Shown: in pieces, positions 61,971-64,000 of the stretch
Numbering within the stretch: the first letter of the stretch is position 1
Layout of the letters: each line of letters opens with the position of its first letter
DNA from: Heteronotia binoei
Lineage: Eukaryota
DNA: 64,000 bases
Assembly (NCBI RefSeq): GCF_032191835.1
Contig: NC_083227.1
Span: 17,608,001-17,672,000 of the forward strand
Direction of reading: 5' to 3'
The notes under the pieces: model-generated
The model's input: only the letters and a program-made list of their open reading frames with translations
Told to the model about the DNA's origin: nothing
Databases searched by the model: none
Made by a program: the position numbers and the translations under genes

Positions 61971-62273
61971 GCAGCCCCATGGCACAGAGTGGTAAAGCTG
62001 CAGTATTGCAGTCAAAGCTCTCTGCTCATGACTTGAGTTCGATCCAGCAGAAGCTGGGTTCTGGTAGCTGGCTAAAGGTTGACTGAGCCTTCCATCCTTC
62101 CAAGGTCAGTAAAATGAGTACCCAGCTTGCTGGGGGGGGGGGGGGAATGTAGATGACTGGGGAAGGCAATGGCAAACCACCCTGTAAAAAAGACTGCTGT
62201 GAAAACGTTGTGATGCGACGTCACCCCAGAGTCGGAAGCGACTGGTGCTTGCACTACCTTTACCTTTTTTTTT
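61971..62273 (+). mobile_element. Sauria SINE; partial - strand copy at about 63407-63573
   Basis: tRNA-like head, Bov-B-like tail (TACCTT)n; perfect 15-bp TSD TAGTGGCACTACTAA. Confidence 0.88.
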
Positions 62274-63617
62274 TAGTGGCACTACTAACTCCTGGAATGT
62301 ATAAACATCCTCTAAGGCAAAAATCATGTCCAGGGTTACCTGTACTGGAAGGTCACAGCATCAGCAGAGTTCTGTACCTCCTGGGAGAGAGAACTAAAGA
62401 TTCAACTATAGAAGCTAATTTATTATAGAAATTAAAGTAGCAGGCTTAGCAGGGGACTGAGGCTCCGTCTAGCCCTGATTCTGTGACTGTTGACAATGCT
62501 AACAACCTGTGCTTTTCTAAGCCACTGCCAAGCTAACATCCCCATGATTCCCTTCCATCACTCTGCTCACGCTGATCCTGTGCCTATCTGCATGTTCACT
62601 GTGTGTTGCAGGAGTTTAAGGAGGATGGAACAGGGCAGGTTCTTCTGGGTTCTTACCTGGACTTTTTGGCACTGTGTGTTCCTCTAGGGCAGACTTCCAG
62701 AGGGGCTTCCTCCATGGTGACATTTTGAGGCCTGGTAAGCCAGTTTTCTGCCTATCTCTTCCTGACCCTAAGACAAGCTTCTTTGCAAAGAGACAGGCTG
62801 ACCGGGTGCTTCTAAGAAAGGCAGAAATGCCTGGATGATTCAGATATGGCTGTGCATTGTACGATAGACATGTCTGGCCAAGGCCCAGAGAATGATTCAG
62901 AGATAGCAAGAAAATGGCTTTGAGTGCAGGTGGCCCTACACTCCATGGTTGCTTTTCTCACTGGTCATTACTTGTACTTCCTAACAAATGGCACTTCTTC
63001 AAAAACCATGGGTGTCTCTTTTGAACTGTAGAGTTCACCATAAGCTCCTGGCTTTTCACTGCTTTACAGCAAACTTGTATTTTGGGGTGCCTGAAAACCA
63101 GCTCCTCCTTGGCTCTCATCACATCTAGAAGGACACTCTCTGCGTAATTGCAGGACCAGTTATCTTGATAACTTGTATTGAATCATCGAGAGAATCAAAA
63201 GAGCTGTATGGCAAGTCAAGGGAGAACAGCAGGGGAAGGAAACTTTGCCACTTTCTTACTTGAAGTACATACAGAGGATGTTGGAGAGGGGATGAACAGG
63301 AAGAATAAGAACTGAGTTCTACTGGAGGGCCTAGCAGGGATTAAGGTGTGACTGACAGTTGAGCTTCAGAGTAAAGATCTGACCAAAGACTTGCATACTC
63401 ATTCATGGTAAAGGTAAAAGGTAAAGGCGGTCCTGTGTGCAAGCACCAGTTGTTTCCGACTCTGGGGTGATGTCGCATCACAACGTTTTCACAGCAGCCT
63501 TTTTACAGGGTGGTTTGCCATTGCCTTCCCCAGTCATCTACACTTTCCCCCCAGTAAGCTGGGTACTCATTTTGGCTTCTTGCTTGGGTGGTGATGGAAA
63601 TTCTTTCTTTATTCCAG

Positions 63618-63743
63618 CAGCAGATGTACAGGAGACAGCTGGGGAATTCCAGGGATTCTCTTTGGAAAATGCCAAGAATGAAGATGCTGAAAGAAAGTTG
63701 GGAGATGGAGATGGACCGCAGAGGCAGGAGGAAAGCCACACAG
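63618..63743 (+). CDS. Paralog C 126-nt acidic linker exon; decayed ZF-exon remainder follows to the window edge
   Basis: TTCCAG|CAGCAG acceptor, CAG|GTAATA donor; downstream frameshift and relic GEKPYNCLEHGKNF. Confidence 0.68.
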
Positions 63744-64000
63744 GTAATAGGAGGGATAAACCCATTTATTTCCAAGGAGGGGATTTCCATGAAATCCCAG
63801 TCCAAGAAGAAAGGTCAATTAAAAAAAAGAAAAGAAACAGGCCTATGTGCAGATAGGAAAATCCACTCCAAGGAAGAAGGGAAATGAAAGCTTGGTCTTT
63901 GTAAAGATCTTCAGTCAGATAATGAATGTCATTTCACAGAAACCAATTCCCTTAGGTGAGAAACCATATAATTGTTTAGAGCATGGAAAGAACTTCACTG

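Overview
Squamate (most likely gecko) genomic DNA; the taxon is inferred from Sauria/Squam-type SINEs, Bov-B, CR1 and hAT MITEs. The window holds a tandem cluster of three + strand SCAN-KRAB-C2H2 zinc-finger paralogs. A (CDS 10462-23260, 15 fingers of which 12 intact) and B (29443-38888, 17 fingers) are complete; C (from 53147) runs off the right edge before its finger exon. All three keep a 126-nt in-frame exon that appears to have been salvaged from the 5' stub of a dead, duplicated zinc-finger exon. Intergenic DNA and introns are packed with transposons: L1, CR1, Bov-B, an RTE-X-like LINE, Penelope-like pieces with a hammerhead core, a Copia using a half-tRNAiMet primer site, a Gypsy gag remnant and solo LTR, hAT MITEs and SINEs. 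There is also a CR1-TUSC3 chimeric retrocopy and a striking number of local inverted duplications. No CRISPR array, rRNA or true tRNA gene. All alignments and identities were done by eye and are approximate.
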